Assembly: GCA_963666315.2 (NCBI GenBank)
Contig: CAXXHG010000008.1
Location: forward strand, 128,001-192,000
Length of the DNA stretch: 64,000 nucleotides
Direction: 5' to 3'
DNA from: Candidatus Binatia bacterium
Lineage (GTDB): Bacteria > Desulfobacterota > Binatia > Bin18
The position numbers and the translations under genes are program-made. The notes beneath the pieces were generated by a model, which had not been told where the DNA came from, did not search any database, and saw only the letters and a program-made list of their open reading frames with translations. Below, in pieces: positions 31,346-42,024 of the stretch (positions are counted from its first letter, which is position 1; the number at the start of each line of letters is the position of its first letter).

Positions 31346-33277
31346 ATGAAAATAGAAATCAGCCGCGTGGAAAGCGTCTTTGAGGGGATGTCATTCGGTA
31401 GCGCCGGCACGTATGAAAAAATCGCAGGCCGGGCGTTTGGCGCAGTGGATCCCGCCCAGCGGCGCAACCAAGAAATCGTCAATCTCGACAAGGCGCCGAA
31501 GAACGCCGCAGGCCGAGTGGAATACTCGGTGGATTTCTGTCTGCTGAAACCTACCGATATCAGCAAGAGTAATCGACGCATTCTCTACGACACGTCCAAT
31601 CGCGGTGACAAGCTCGCACTGATCGACATCAACGATGCGCAGAAAGGCCCGACCTCAAACGATCCAACAACCGGCGTCGATGCCGGCAACGGCTTCCTCA
31701 TGCGACAGGGATACGTGATCTTGTTCAGCGCATGGCAGGGAGATGTTCAGCCGGGAGAGGATCACATGGTCGCTCACTATCCGGTTGCGACCAACAACGG
31801 CGAGCCCATCGTGGCAGCCTCACGCGAGGAAGTGATATTCGGCCATACCAATAGCCCGGCAATCGCACCGCTTACGTATCCAGCCAATACGTTGGATCAG
31901 GGCGGTGCTACACTGACGGTCAGACAACACGAGAAGGACGCGCGAGCGTCGGTCCCGGCGCAGCACTGGCGCTATCGTTCACCCACGCAAATCGAAATCT
32001 ACCTGGTTGATGGCTTTGATGCCGGTGCCCTGTACGAGTTCATCTACCTCGCCCGGGATCCGATCGTCATGGGCCTCGGATTCGCTGCCGTGCGTGACAT
32101 CGTAGCGTTCATGCGCTACGCAGAGCATGACGACGCTGGCCAGCCGAACCCACTCACTCTCCACGCACATGGGCCGGCTATCGATCATGTCCTTGCGTAC
32201 GGGCGGTCGCAGCCGGGTCGCTTCCTGCGCGAGTTTTTACGTCTAGGATTTAATGAGGAGCCAGACGGCCGGAAGGTTTTCGACGGCATATACGCCAGTA
32301 TCGCAGGGTCGCGACGTATTTTCCTCAATCACCCGTTTGCGCAACCTGGACGATTTCACCGCCAACACGAAGACCATCTGTTTCCTGGAGACCAGTTTCC
32401 ATTCACCTACGCGACACGCACTGATTCGATCAGTGGCAAGACCGATGGTATTCTTGCCCGCAGCCTGGCTTCCACCGCCTGTCCGAAGATCATACACGTC
32501 GATTCGAGCACTGAGTTCTGGCTGGGGCGAAGTTCACTCATCGTGACTGACGAAAACGGCGAGGACATTCCGGTGCCCGATGATGTGCGTGTCTATCTGT
32601 TCTCCGGGACCGGCCATGCGGGACCAATCATGCTGAATCACAACGCGGCTTTTTCGCAGAATCCCACCTATCCGATGAATCTCCTGAACTATAATCCGCT
32701 GAATCGATCGTTGCTGGTGGCGCTGGACGAATGGGCCACCCAGGGGATACCACCGCCCGCAAGCCGCTTTCCCCTTTCTGGCGACGGCACCCTCGTACCA
32801 CCGCTGCCGCAAACTACATTTGGCTTTCCCGATATCCCTGGGGTCAGGTATCCCGGACTTGTGAACGAACTTTCCGAAATGGATTACAGCCAGCAGCCTC
32901 CCAGGCCCATTCCCGGTCATGACTACCTGGTCTTGGTACCTAAAGTCGATGCGGACGGGAATGAGAGAGCAGGCATACGCTTGCCCGACATCAGTGTGCC
33001 TCTCGGGACGCACACTGGTTGGAATATACGCGGAGCGGGATTTTCCCAAGGGGTATTAATGCTGGTCGGGTCATACTTTCCGTTCGCTGCTACTGCCGAA
33101 GAACGACTGGCAAATGGCGATCCCAGGCCCTCGCTTGAAGAACGCTATCCCGGTCACAAACACTACGTTGAGGCCGTTACACGCGCCGTTGCCGAGCTGC
33201 AAGAAGAACGCTTGTTACTGGCCGAAGACGCGGAGCGCTATGTCGCAACAGCCGCCGCTGCGCCAGTCGGCGGCTAG
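31346..33277 (+). CDS. Large alpha/beta hydrolase domain protein
   Basis: FGSAGTYE, GRVEY, NRGDK, GLGFAAVRD, GRSQPGRFLR, VDADGNERAGIRLP, DPRPSLEERY. Confidence 0.8.
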   Translation: MKIEISRVESVFEGMSFGSAGTYEKIAGRAFGAVDPAQRRNQEIVNLDKAPKNAAGRVEYSVDFCLLKPTDISKSNRRILYDTSNRGDKLALIDINDAQKGPTSNDPTTGVDAGNGFLMRQGYVILFSAWQGDVQPGEDHMVAHYPVATNNGEPIVAASREEVIFGHTNSPAIAPLTYPANTLDQGGATLTVRQHEKDARASVPAQHWRYRSPTQIEIYLVDGFDAGALYEFIYLARDPIVMGLGFAAVRDIVAFMRYAEHDDAGQPNPLTLHAHGPAIDHVLAYGRSQPGRFLREFLRLGFNEEPDGRKVFDGIYASIAGSRRIFLNHPFAQPGRFHRQHEDHLFPGDQFPFTYATRTDSISGKTDGILARSLASTACPKIIHVDSSTEFWLGRSSLIVTDENGEDIPVPDDVRVYLFSGTGHAGPIMLNHNAAFSQNPTYPMNLLNYNPLNRSLLVALDEWATQGIPPPASRFPLSGDGTLVPPLPQTTFGFPDIPGVRYPGLVNELSEMDYSQQPPRPIPGHDYLVLVPKVDADGNERAGIRLPDISVPLGTHTGWNIRGAGFSQGVLMLVGSYFPFAATAEERLANGDPRPSLEERYPGHKHYVEAVTRAVAELQEERLLLAEDAERYVATAAAAPVGG

Positions 33278-33348
33278 CGGTCTGGGCCAGATTCTGTAAA
33301 TTCATTTTGAGGAAGAATAACACCTACATATGAGTGAGAAGGGGACAG

Positions 33349-33879
33349 ATGCCAAAGCAAATCCGCCGGATTTTGACCGGTCACAATGCCTCAGGAAAAT
33401 CGATCATCGCTGAAGACACCATGGCCACGAGTATTCTGGATCTAGAAGCAGTGCCAGGTCTGCGAGCCACTGATCTATGGGAGACGACCACTGCACCTGC
33501 TGACCTGTCCAGTGCTGCCGACCCGGTTGATCGTCCTATGCATCTTGAACCCCAGCCGACTGGGACAATCTGTCGAATCGTCGAGTTTCCGCCCGATGCA
33601 GCCTGGCAAGATAGTATTGATTCCAGCGGAGTCTTTTCCTCCATGAAGGCGGGCCATGCCGCCGACTCTACAAGCTCGACCCCGATGATGCATAAGACTG
33701 CCTCGGTAGACTACGCCATTGTACTGTCAGGCGAGATTTGGGCAGTCATGGACGAAGGCGAAACGTGCATGCAGGCTGGTGACGTCCTCATCCAGCGGGC
33801 TACCAATCATGCCTGGAGCAATCGTTCGTCACAGCCAGCTCTGGTGCTTTTTGTTTTGGTTGGAGCAAAATCGGAGTAA
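33349..33879 (+). CDS. Cupin domain protein (paralog of 15321)
   Basis: IRRILTGHNASGKS, MHKTASVDY, IQRATNHAWSN. Confidence 0.9.
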   Translation: MPKQIRRILTGHNASGKSIIAEDTMATSILDLEAVPGLRATDLWETTTAPADLSSAADPVDRPMHLEPQPTGTICRIVEFPPDAAWQDSIDSSGVFSSMKAGHAADSTSSTPMMHKTASVDYAIVLSGEIWAVMDEGETCMQAGDVLIQRATNHAWSNRSSQPALVLFVLVGAKSE

Positions 33880-33992
33880 AATACGCGCTTCCGTCATAAA
33901 ATGAGCAGCATTCTTCAAGGGTCCCGCAATCTTATTTCCGGCCAGAAGATCGAAGCCCACAGAAGAAGACATTAACCAGAGCGAGGAGAGCC

Positions 33993-35045
33993 ATGAAATT
34001 TGGCGTATTATACGATTTTCGCAACCCGCCCAAGAGCGAGTGGTTCACGCCCTGGCCGGAATTCTATTCTGGCGCGTTCGCTCACATGCAGGAGATGGAA
34101 CGCTTGGGGTTTGATACGATCAGCCTTTGCGAACATCATGGAGACCCGGAAGGCTATAACCCGGGTATTCTGGTGACGATGACTGCCGCCGCAATGCGCA
34201 CCCAGCGGGTGCGTATCTGTTCGAACATCATTCAGCTGCCGTTCCACCATCCGGTGCTGCTGGCCGAACAGCTCGCCGTGCTCGACATTCTCTCCCACGG
34301 ACGCTTGGACGTCGGCGTCGGCCAGGTCGGGCAAACGTTCGACATGGAGTTCGCGATGCTGGGGCTGAACCCCCGGCACCGGCCCAGCCGCCTCGAAGAA
34401 GGTCTAGAGATCCTGCAGCGCTGCTGGACCGAAGATCAGCCTTTTGCGTTCCATGGCAAGCACTGGGATCTCGCCGGCGTCTGGCTCAATCCGAAGCCGT
34501 TGCAGCGACCGCACCCGCCCACCTTTGTCGTGGCGGTGTTTTCCGCCAAGGCGATGGATCGAGTGGCGCGCCTGGGTTTTGATGTCGGAGGCTGGGGCGG
34601 CTTCTTCACGGGTCTTACGGGGGGTGACGTGTGGCAGCAGTGGCGGCGGGACTGGCGGGCGGCGTGCGAGCGCAACGGCCGCAGCCCCGAGTACGCCAAG
34701 ATCAACACCTTCGGGAGTTGCTTTGTCACCGACGACCCGGAGCAGGCATGGGCAGAACACCGAGAGGGGGCGTTTGCGAGCTTCCACTACGAGCGCCAGG
34801 GGGTCCATCCGTATAGCGCCCTGCTGATGGAGACGGTGCCGGAGAAGCCGGAGGACCTGCCCAACTGGCAACGACTCTTCATGAACCCCGATCAGGCGAT
34901 TACGGAGTTGCGCGAGGTCTTCGCGGACGGAGCGCCTGACGAGCTCCACTTGATGGCAAAGCGGTCGGGGATGAGCTGGAGGCAGTCCGCACAGTATCTC
35001 CAGAACTTTGCCGAAAAGGTGATGCCAGCGGTACAGGATTTATAG
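33993..35045 (+). CDS. LLM class flavin-dependent oxidoreductase
   Basis: MKFGVLYDFRNP, CEHHG, HPVLLAEQ, PKPLQRPHPP. Confidence 0.9.
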   Translation: MKFGVLYDFRNPPKSEWFTPWPEFYSGAFAHMQEMERLGFDTISLCEHHGDPEGYNPGILVTMTAAAMRTQRVRICSNIIQLPFHHPVLLAEQLAVLDILSHGRLDVGVGQVGQTFDMEFAMLGLNPRHRPSRLEEGLEILQRCWTEDQPFAFHGKHWDLAGVWLNPKPLQRPHPPTFVVAVFSAKAMDRVARLGFDVGGWGGFFTGLTGGDVWQQWRRDWRAACERNGRSPEYAKINTFGSCFVTDDPEQAWAEHREGAFASFHYERQGVHPYSALLMETVPEKPEDLPNWQRLFMNPDQAITELREVFADGAPDELHLMAKRSGMSWRQSAQYLQNFAEKVMPAVQDL

Positions 35046-35199
35046 CTCATGAGCAATGGTTTTGGGTGACAAACTCAGAATTTTCAGCTCCATCATATTC
35101 CCATACGCCTAGAACCCCAGCATTCGTCCTAAACATCCGTCTTAGAAATCAATCTCTTAGAAACTCAGCCTCAGCACTAGATGACGGGACACCTTCGTA

Positions 35200-36714
35200 T
35201 TATTGGCCTTTGATGGAGTCCAAAAAGTTTGTGACTAAGGCTTCACATTCACTGCGTTTAGCTGTTCCATAATAAAGAATGCGGTTATTAATAGGATCAC
35301 CGGCAAAAAACCACTCGTATAATAACTGCCGTCCGCCAAACTGGGTACTGATAGCGTCCCAGGCCAGCTTCATAATGCGCACCCGCTCCTCAGCAGGGGT
35401 GTTGCGTCCGCGTAAATAGCGTGGCAATAGCTCTTGGAGGGCAGGATGGGCAAAGTCTTTTTCGGTTGGGGTCATGACCAGACCGCTACTGCCCACAAGG
35501 CGCATAATCTCAACCGCCCGTGCATGGACGAAGGGAAAAAAGATGCGCAAGGTGGTGATGCCCAACATGCCCTTGTCCGGTGCTCCAAACAGCGTCGCTA
35601 GCCCCGGTACAAAACTCTTTGCACCTGAGACAGCCTCAGAAGAGACTTCAACGTCCCCTTCTCCGGCTTGAGCATTTGTCCACACTTCATGCGCGGTGGC
35701 TGTTACGAGACCGTCTGCTAGTTCGACGTAGGAGACGAGCTCGCCCAGCAGTTCTTGGTAGCGGACGATCTCGGTCCGTCCGATGGTTTGAGCCACGAGA
35801 CAAGCCAGGCCGGTCATAAAGCGCAGTTTGACCGCCCCCCGAATAACAGCCTGCAAGGCAAAATAGCCCGGCATACGTGGGGCGATGAGGTTATACGTCT
35901 CAACATCCCGCGCGGCAAACACGCGCTCCCACGGCACCAAGACATTGTCGAAAATGGCAATCGCGTCGCCTTCGTCAAAGCGACTGCTCAATGGCCGGTC
36001 AAAACTACTGGCACCTGTATCATAGGGCTCGCGGCAGATGAATTTGAGTCCTTGTGTGGCCATGGGAATGGAGAAGCTGACAGTGTAGTCTTCTTGGCCT
36101 GGCTTACGGGGCATATACGGTGCAACCCAAATGTCATCGCTGACCGGGGCCAACGTGGACAGCATACGCGCGCCTTTGATGACAATGCCTGCGTCGGTCT
36201 CTTTTACGATCTTGATGCTTTCTTGGTCTTCGACGCCTTTGGTTTTGTCGATTTGTGGATCGACCAAAGTATGCGTCAGGCACAGATCCTTTTCGCGACA
36301 TAGCTCATAGTACGCCCAAGCATTTTCACCAAACTGGGATTCATTGCGTCCCAGCCAGGACCGAATGGCCGCCATGTCGGCCACAAAGGCGTTCATATAG
36401 TCGGGCAGACGGCCCATCATGCCGCAGGTGAGTTCGCACCGAGCTGTTTCAGCGTACCGGCGTTTTTCTATGTCCTGCCAGGTTTCGGCTAAGACAAACG
36501 AGATGCTGACAGGCTCTCCGGAAGTCGGCGACGGATAGGTCAGGATATCTTGATACGTTTCCTCATGCTGCCGATCGTATAACTTGGCCATCTCTCGGAT
36601 GATGCCCTGAAAGGGTGGATATTGCGTGACATCCCGGACAAGCTCACCGTTAACATAGAGCTCGCGGCCATCGCGGAGTCCGTCGATATATTCCTGCCCG
36701 GTACGTGCTCCCAT
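35200..36714 (-). CDS. hpaB: 4-hydroxyphenylacetate 3-monooxygenase family oxygenase
   Basis: RTGQEYIDGLRDGR, GRLPDY, GARMLSTLAP, RFDEGDA, LAWD..QFGGRQLLYE. Confidence 0.85.
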   Translation of the reverse strand: MGARTGQEYIDGLRDGRELYVNGELVRDVTQYPPFQGIIREMAKLYDRQHEETYQDILTYPSPTSGEPVSISFVLAETWQDIEKRRYAETARCELTCGMMGRLPDYMNAFVADMAAIRSWLGRNESQFGENAWAYYELCREKDLCLTHTLVDPQIDKTKGVEDQESIKIVKETDAGIVIKGARMLSTLAPVSDDIWVAPYMPRKPGQEDYTVSFSIPMATQGLKFICREPYDTGASSFDRPLSSRFDEGDAIAIFDNVLVPWERVFAARDVETYNLIAPRMPGYFALQAVIRGAVKLRFMTGLACLVAQTIGRTEIVRYQELLGELVSYVELADGLVTATAHEVWTNAQAGEGDVEVSSEAVSGAKSFVPGLATLFGAPDKGMLGITTLRIFFPFVHARAVEIMRLVGSSGLVMTPTEKDFAHPALQELLPRYLRGRNTPAEERVRIMKLAWDAISTQFGGRQLLYEWFFAGDPINNRILYYGTAKRSECEALVTNFLDSIKGQ

Positions 36715-36880
36715 ATGAATAACCTCCTGTGGTCCGAAAGCTTCGTGTCCAGCCTACACAACACTCCTGCTCTTGGGCGGCAAATGGACTTGCATCCTTG
36801 CCTCTATACCCAGCGCTACTCTCTTTATGCTCTTCTGAATGGCGCTGAACTTTGTACGTCAGGTTTGAGCATCGAGTCTT

Positions 36881-37703
36881 TACGCGAAGTCTTCTTCCTG
36901 GCCGATCAGAAAATCTCGTACGATGCGTTGAAACGTTTCGCGTTTTTCACGCATCGGCGTGTGCCCAGACTCAGCAATCACTACCAGTTTTGCCTGGGAA
37001 TGCGCTCAGCCAAAATTTCGCCGTGTCGCAGCGGAACAAGCTTGTCTTCCCGGCCCCACACGACCAAGGTGTCGGCCGTGATGGTGTCGAGCCGCTGGGT
37101 GAGCTCGGGGGCGGCGTACTGCCCCTGGACCAGCTCGGCTATCAAACAGCGACTTCGCCACTGGTTTTTAAACTCCTGGCCCTGGCGCAGATCTTCCAGG
37201 GCTCCACCAAAATCTCCGGCGACCAGCACAACGCCGGTCTTGGCAAAAGCGGCCGTCAGCAAGGCGTCTTTATCCAGCTCGTTCAGGTTAGTGGCGGGGG
37301 AGGCGGGAACGTCCAGGCCCATGGCATCGGCCAGCACGAGTTTGGCGATGCGTTCAGGTTGGTCAAGCGCCATATGTAGGCCTATCCAGCCGCCAAACGA
37401 ATGGCCGACCAGGTCGATAGTCTCAAGCCCCAGGACATCCAGAAACTGAGTCATGATCCGGGCATAATCTTTAACCGAAGGCACGCCTGGGGGGATGTGA
37501 CCGTCCTGCGAGCCGGGTAACTGAGGGGCATAGACTTGATTGGTCATCCCCAGCGCCAGATGGTAGGTCTCCCATCTGCCCCAGCCAGCCAGGCCGTGTA
37601 GGTATAGCAAGGGCTTGCCCTGGCTGCCTTTGAAATACCGAATAGTCAGGTCCCCAACTATGGCCGTCTTGCGGCTAAACTGGGACGCATCACCCGCTCC
37701 CAT
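36881..37703 (-). pseudogene. Alpha/beta hydrolase, frameshift near C-terminus
   Basis: YLHG, GHSFGG, VWGRED; the catalytic-His segment (KLVVIAESGHTPMRE) is in another frame after about 36995. Confidence 0.75.
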
Positions 37704-37726
37704 TGCTGCCCTCCCTCGAATTGTGC

Positions 37727-39442
37727 TTAGGCAGTGACATTCATCCAGTGCTTAAAGCACTCCTGCTCGAAAAAGCTGTCATCCGCGTCCAGGTCTGGCT
37801 GAGCTGTATCAGGCGGCAGGCTGATCGATAAACGGATGCGGTAGCGATCGCCGGCAGCGGTGCGTTGCTGAACAGCAATTGCCGCGTGGGGCGCGTGTTG
37901 ATCTGGAATGACGGTGAACTGCCCGTAGGTCCCGCGAAAAATGATCGGACGGTCCTGGTCTGTATGCTGGCCTGTGTCCTGGCCCGTATACTGGGCGGTG
38001 TCCAGCACCACCTGTGCCTCATCTGGAATTGCTTGTCCGTTGCCGGTTGCCAATGAGAGACGAATAGCGCTGCCGCGCTGCTCTGCCGTGGGGCCGACAA
38101 AGATGATCTGATAGGGAAAGCCGTCCGGCCCTTTCTCCGGCACCTGCATCTCCCAGCCGACAATGGTTTTGCCGTTTTCAGTACGGCGAAACGTGCCCAG
38201 CGTTTCCATGGAATGGCGGCTGATGGTGTAATTGAAGTCGCTATACAGCGGCAAGGTTTCGGAACCAGACCGGGCCGTGAGCACGGAGGCCGACGACTGC
38301 GCTGCACCGGCCGGCGGCTGGGCGGGCTGATCAATATTAATGTGGCGCAGAGCCGGCATGACATGCTCGGCAAACAGGCGTTTGGAAGCGATGACTTTTT
38401 CATGGGCCAGATTGCCGGCGTGGAACATGCCCAGGAAGTGTCCGTAGCCGGCAACATTCATGTCGTTTTCTAGCCTGCGGGTGACATAATCCGGGTCGCC
38501 GCAGACGATAAAGCCGTCGTCGCGCATTTGGTCAAACGGGGTGTACGGTCCGGGGAAGTCTCGCTTAATTTTTTTGCGGCGCTGAAACGAGTCGTCGTTG
38601 TGCAGGCCCGGAACCGGATCATTCACCGGCCGCGAAAAGACCCGAAAGAAATTGGCCACCGCCTCGCGTGCCGCTGCAATGGCTTGCGCGTTGGTCTCCG
38701 CCACGTGGATGAGCCGGGCGCCCACAAAGTTCTCATAGCCGGGCTGCCAACCGAAGCGCTGGATGGCAATCTGGCGGTACATGTCGAATGACTCCTTGTA
38801 TGCCTCGGGCGGGTAAAAAACCTGGGCGCCGCAAATCCGCCGCTCGGCGGCGAATTCGATGGTTTCCCGCGAGCCGGTTGGCATCCAGAAGGGCAGGGCG
38901 TTTTGAATCGGCTTGGGCCAGATTGAGACACCAGTCAAATTCCAGAATTTACCGGTACAATCAAATCCTTCTTCGCTGAGGCAGCGCTGAATAATCTCGT
39001 ACGATTCCTCTAGCCGCTTGCGGCCGGTGAAGGGGTCAATATTATAGGACATATACTCTTGGGGCACTCCGCGCACGATGCCGGCAATAAAACGGCCGCC
39101 CGACAGGGAGTCCAGCATGGCAAACTCTTCGGCCGTGCGGACCGGATGACGCAGCGCCAGGACGTTGCCAATCACGCCGACCTTCATGGTTTTGGTCCGC
39201 ATGATGATTGCCGTCGCCATGATATTGCAGGCCGGCTGAATATTGATCGCGATAAAGTTGTGCTCATTGACAAAGGCCCCGTCAAAGCCCAGGTCTTCGC
39301 ACATGACCCATTCGTCTAGGTGCTCGTGATAGGTTTTATTGACCGCCCAGGGATCGCAGAAGCGATTAGTGAAGCGGACCTCCGGGCCGATTTCCGCTGG
39401 CACATCCGGATAGGTCAGCTCGTCAAAGGTGTAGAATTTCAT
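37727..39442 (-). CDS. LLM class oxidoreductase with extra C-terminal domain
   Basis: Start MKFYT after AGGAGGGG; NEHNF, HPVRTAEEFAMLD, FAEHVMP, then a linker and about 170 further residues. Confidence 0.85.
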   Translation of the reverse strand: MKFYTFDELTYPDVPAEIGPEVRFTNRFCDPWAVNKTYHEHLDEWVMCEDLGFDGAFVNEHNFIAINIQPACNIMATAIIMRTKTMKVGVIGNVLALRHPVRTAEEFAMLDSLSGGRFIAGIVRGVPQEYMSYNIDPFTGRKRLEESYEIIQRCLSEEGFDCTGKFWNLTGVSIWPKPIQNALPFWMPTGSRETIEFAAERRICGAQVFYPPEAYKESFDMYRQIAIQRFGWQPGYENFVGARLIHVAETNAQAIAAAREAVANFFRVFSRPVNDPVPGLHNDDSFQRRKKIKRDFPGPYTPFDQMRDDGFIVCGDPDYVTRRLENDMNVAGYGHFLGMFHAGNLAHEKVIASKRLFAEHVMPALRHINIDQPAQPPAGAAQSSASVLTARSGSETLPLYSDFNYTISRHSMETLGTFRRTENGKTIVGWEMQVPEKGPDGFPYQIIFVGPTAEQRGSAIRLSLATGNGQAIPDEAQVVLDTAQYTGQDTGQHTDQDRPIIFRGTYGQFTVIPDQHAPHAAIAVQQRTAAGDRYRIRLSISLPPDTAQPDLDADDSFFEQECFKHWMNVTA

Positions 39443-39479
39443 ACGGCCCCTCCTTTTTTTGTACCGATACGGCAACTCA

Positions 39480-40436
39480 CTATGAAGCCAGCCGAGGCAT
39501 AACCTCCCTGGCCAGCAGGCTCGTAGATTCTTTGACCATGGCAAACGGCATGCCGCCGAAATTCATCAGAGACACAACCCGATCAACACCAAAATCGCCC
39601 AGCTGCCGCAAAATATCGCTCACATGATTCGGGTCACCGACGGCAATCAAACGCTGGCGCATGAGCTGGGCAAAGTCCTTGCTGTTGCCCAACGCTCGGG
39701 TTTCGCAGTGGCGGCAGATATACGGCCGGGTTCGGGATTCTGCCTCGGCCCGGCTTGGTGCCACGTGGATGTGAAAGGCCACACTCACACGCGGACCGTC
39801 CTCCGTCACCTGGGGGGCGGTCGCCGCTTCGGTATAGCCCTTGAGCAAATCACCCAGCACGCTGATGTCTTCTAGAACATACGGCACGCTCAGCAGGCGG
39901 CCGCCGCGCGCCCCAATTCGGGCGTAGGTGGCCGGGCTTAAGGCGGCAGTCGCAATCGGTGAAGTTGGTTGCTGGAGGGGCAGGGTGTTGAGCGTAATCC
40001 GTGTATAGCGGTGAAACCGACCGGTATACTCAAACGGCTGCCCCGCCCAGGCCAGCTCAAGGACCTCCAGCGCCTCGTCAAAGCGTGCCTGACTGTCATC
40101 TCGGTCAACGCGGTGGCCGGCATACTCGTGCTCCAAATAGCCTCGGCCCACGCCAAACTCGAGCCGCCAATTACTGATCACATCCAGCACCGCGTACTCC
40201 TCAGCGACTTTGACCGGATCGTGAAACGGCAGTACACACACAGCTGGACCAAGCCGAACTCGCTGGGTCTGTTGGGCTATGGCGGCTAGTAGCACGGGAG
40301 GAGCTGGACACAGACCGTAATTGGCAAAATGGTGCTCGGCAGTCACCGCCAGGTCGAGCATGTCGTGGTAAAACCCGGCCACGCTCCCCTGGCAGTCGGG
40401 ATGATAGTCCATGACCGAAAAGGCTCCGAGCTTCAT
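39480..40436 (-). CDS. LLM class oxidoreductase with short in-frame deletion
   Basis: LAVTAEHHF lacks the LGxDxxWx segment present in paralogs; rest is typical. Confidence 0.75.
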   Translation of the reverse strand: MKLGAFSVMDYHPDCQGSVAGFYHDMLDLAVTAEHHFANYGLCPAPPVLLAAIAQQTQRVRLGPAVCVLPFHDPVKVAEEYAVLDVISNWRLEFGVGRGYLEHEYAGHRVDRDDSQARFDEALEVLELAWAGQPFEYTGRFHRYTRITLNTLPLQQPTSPIATAALSPATYARIGARGGRLLSVPYVLEDISVLGDLLKGYTEAATAPQVTEDGPRVSVAFHIHVAPSRAEAESRTRPYICRHCETRALGNSKDFAQLMRQRLIAVGDPNHVSDILRQLGDFGVDRVVSLMNFGGMPFAMVKESTSLLAREVMPRLAS

Positions 40437-40649
40437 CCTCCCTAAACCCTTTCTGCCTCAGCGCCCAGCCTGTCCGGAAGCAATCCGGTAATAGCCACCC
40501 TGCATGGTCCACCACTTGTCACAAAATGTCGAGACAGCCTCCCTCCATTTTGGCAGAACCTTTATCGGCGCGTTATGAAATGCTGGGGCGGGATTGTCCC
40601 AGTGGAGTGTAGGTTGCATAGCGGCTCCCTTTACATTCTTTTGATCACC

Positions 40650-41045
40650 TCAGCGAACACTGTCTGGAATGTATTTTGCGCCTCCTCGTGGCCGGAAGAT
40701 CAATACTCGGTTGACCTGATTACCGACGTGAAAGGCATACGCAGTATTTTTCTCAATAAAAACCACCGCCCCGGGGCCATAGATGCGCTGGCCAAACTGC
40801 AGCTCGCCCTAGAGTATATACATGACTCCGTGCTCATCGTGCGAATGCCGCTGGGCGACCGTCCCTGGCTGAGAGCGTACGTCCACCAGCTCCGGATGCT
40901 CGGGCTGCTCCCGGCCGCCCGAATAATACACTTTGATCTCAAGCGGAACTTTCTCCGACTCCGGGACATCGGGATTATCGTTGCTCGGGCTCTCGACCAC
41001 GGTCCAACTCAGCTCTTATGGGGTCACAAACTTGACCTTGCCCCT
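40650..41045 (-). pseudogene. Small cupin with two nonsense codons
   Basis: AAGGAGG RBS; GKVKFVTP*ELSW..HSHDEHGVMYIL*GELQFG..GAVVFIEKNTAYAF. Confidence 0.65.
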
Positions 41046-41076
41046 AGTCTTCCCTCCTTATAGGAGGGGCGAGTTC

Positions 41077-41940
41077 TCATGCCCGTACATCTAAGGTCGT
41101 GCTGCGACGCAACTCGCGCCTTTCAGCAAGGTCGTAACGGCGCCCACGGTGCAACACGGCGCGGTTGTCCCACATGACGAGATCACCCGGACGCCAGATA
41201 TGGCTATACACAAACTGGCGCTGCGTGGCGTGTTCCAAAAGATCAGCCAGTAGTAGTCGTCCCTCCGGCACCGGTCGCCCCAGGATGCGGGTGGTATGGG
41301 CGCCGATGAATAGTGTTTTTCTGTCTGAGCCCGGATGAACGCGGACAACAGGCCATTCCACCGCCGGATATTTTGCGAGATCCTCTGCTGAGTATTGCCG
41401 ATCGTCGAGCTGCATGCGCGAATGAAAGGCCGAGTGCTCGGCGATCAGTCCGTCGATCTCAGCCACTCGGTCGTTCGACAATGCCTCGTGGGCGGCCCGC
41501 ATATCCGCGAACTCGGTTACGCCGCTCGTCGCAGGCACAATGCAGGCCAGCAAGAGCGAGTATTTGGCAGACGGTCGCTTGAACGAGCTGTCGCTGTGCC
41601 AGAGCTGATTCGCCAGCATGGTGAGCAGCCGCGGGTCGTCGCGGGTAAGGATCTGGCTGTCGAGATCGACGTTCGAGATATCGATCATGCCTGCCTCTTT
41701 GAAGCGGCTGCGCCGCTGCAATACTTTGAGCAGTCCCATATCGATAGGGCCGAGCGCGCGGGTGAAGACCATCTGCTGCGACTCAGTCAAGGCTTGGTCG
41801 CGGAAGACGAGGACGGCATACTGATCCATGGCGGCTTCGATCTCGGCGGCCAAGGCCGCGTCGGTGGATTGCTGCAGATCTATCCCCCGAGCTTCGGCGA
41901 CAAACAACGGATGCAACGGGTGCAACGTAAAAGCTTTCAT
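41077..41940 (-). CDS. TauD/TfdA family Fe(II)/2-oxoglutarate dioxygenase
   Basis: NQLWHSDSSF, TEFADMRAA, WDNRAVLHRG, ELRRST; TfdA-like. Confidence 0.9.
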   Translation of the reverse strand: MKAFTLHPLHPLFVAEARGIDLQQSTDAALAAEIEAAMDQYAVLVFRDQALTESQQMVFTRALGPIDMGLLKVLQRRSRFKEAGMIDISNVDLDSQILTRDDPRLLTMLANQLWHSDSSFKRPSAKYSLLLACIVPATSGVTEFADMRAAHEALSNDRVAEIDGLIAEHSAFHSRMQLDDRQYSAEDLAKYPAVEWPVVRVHPGSDRKTLFIGAHTTRILGRPVPEGRLLLADLLEHATQRQFVYSHIWRPGDLVMWDNRAVLHRGRRYDLAERRELRRSTTLDVRA

Positions 41941-42024
41941 CTGGCTTTCGGCCTTCTCATGCGTTTGTGAACGTTCTTCCCTTTGCTCTCTTCGTACTGT
42001 TCGTCCGTTTCTGCTGCAGCTCGT

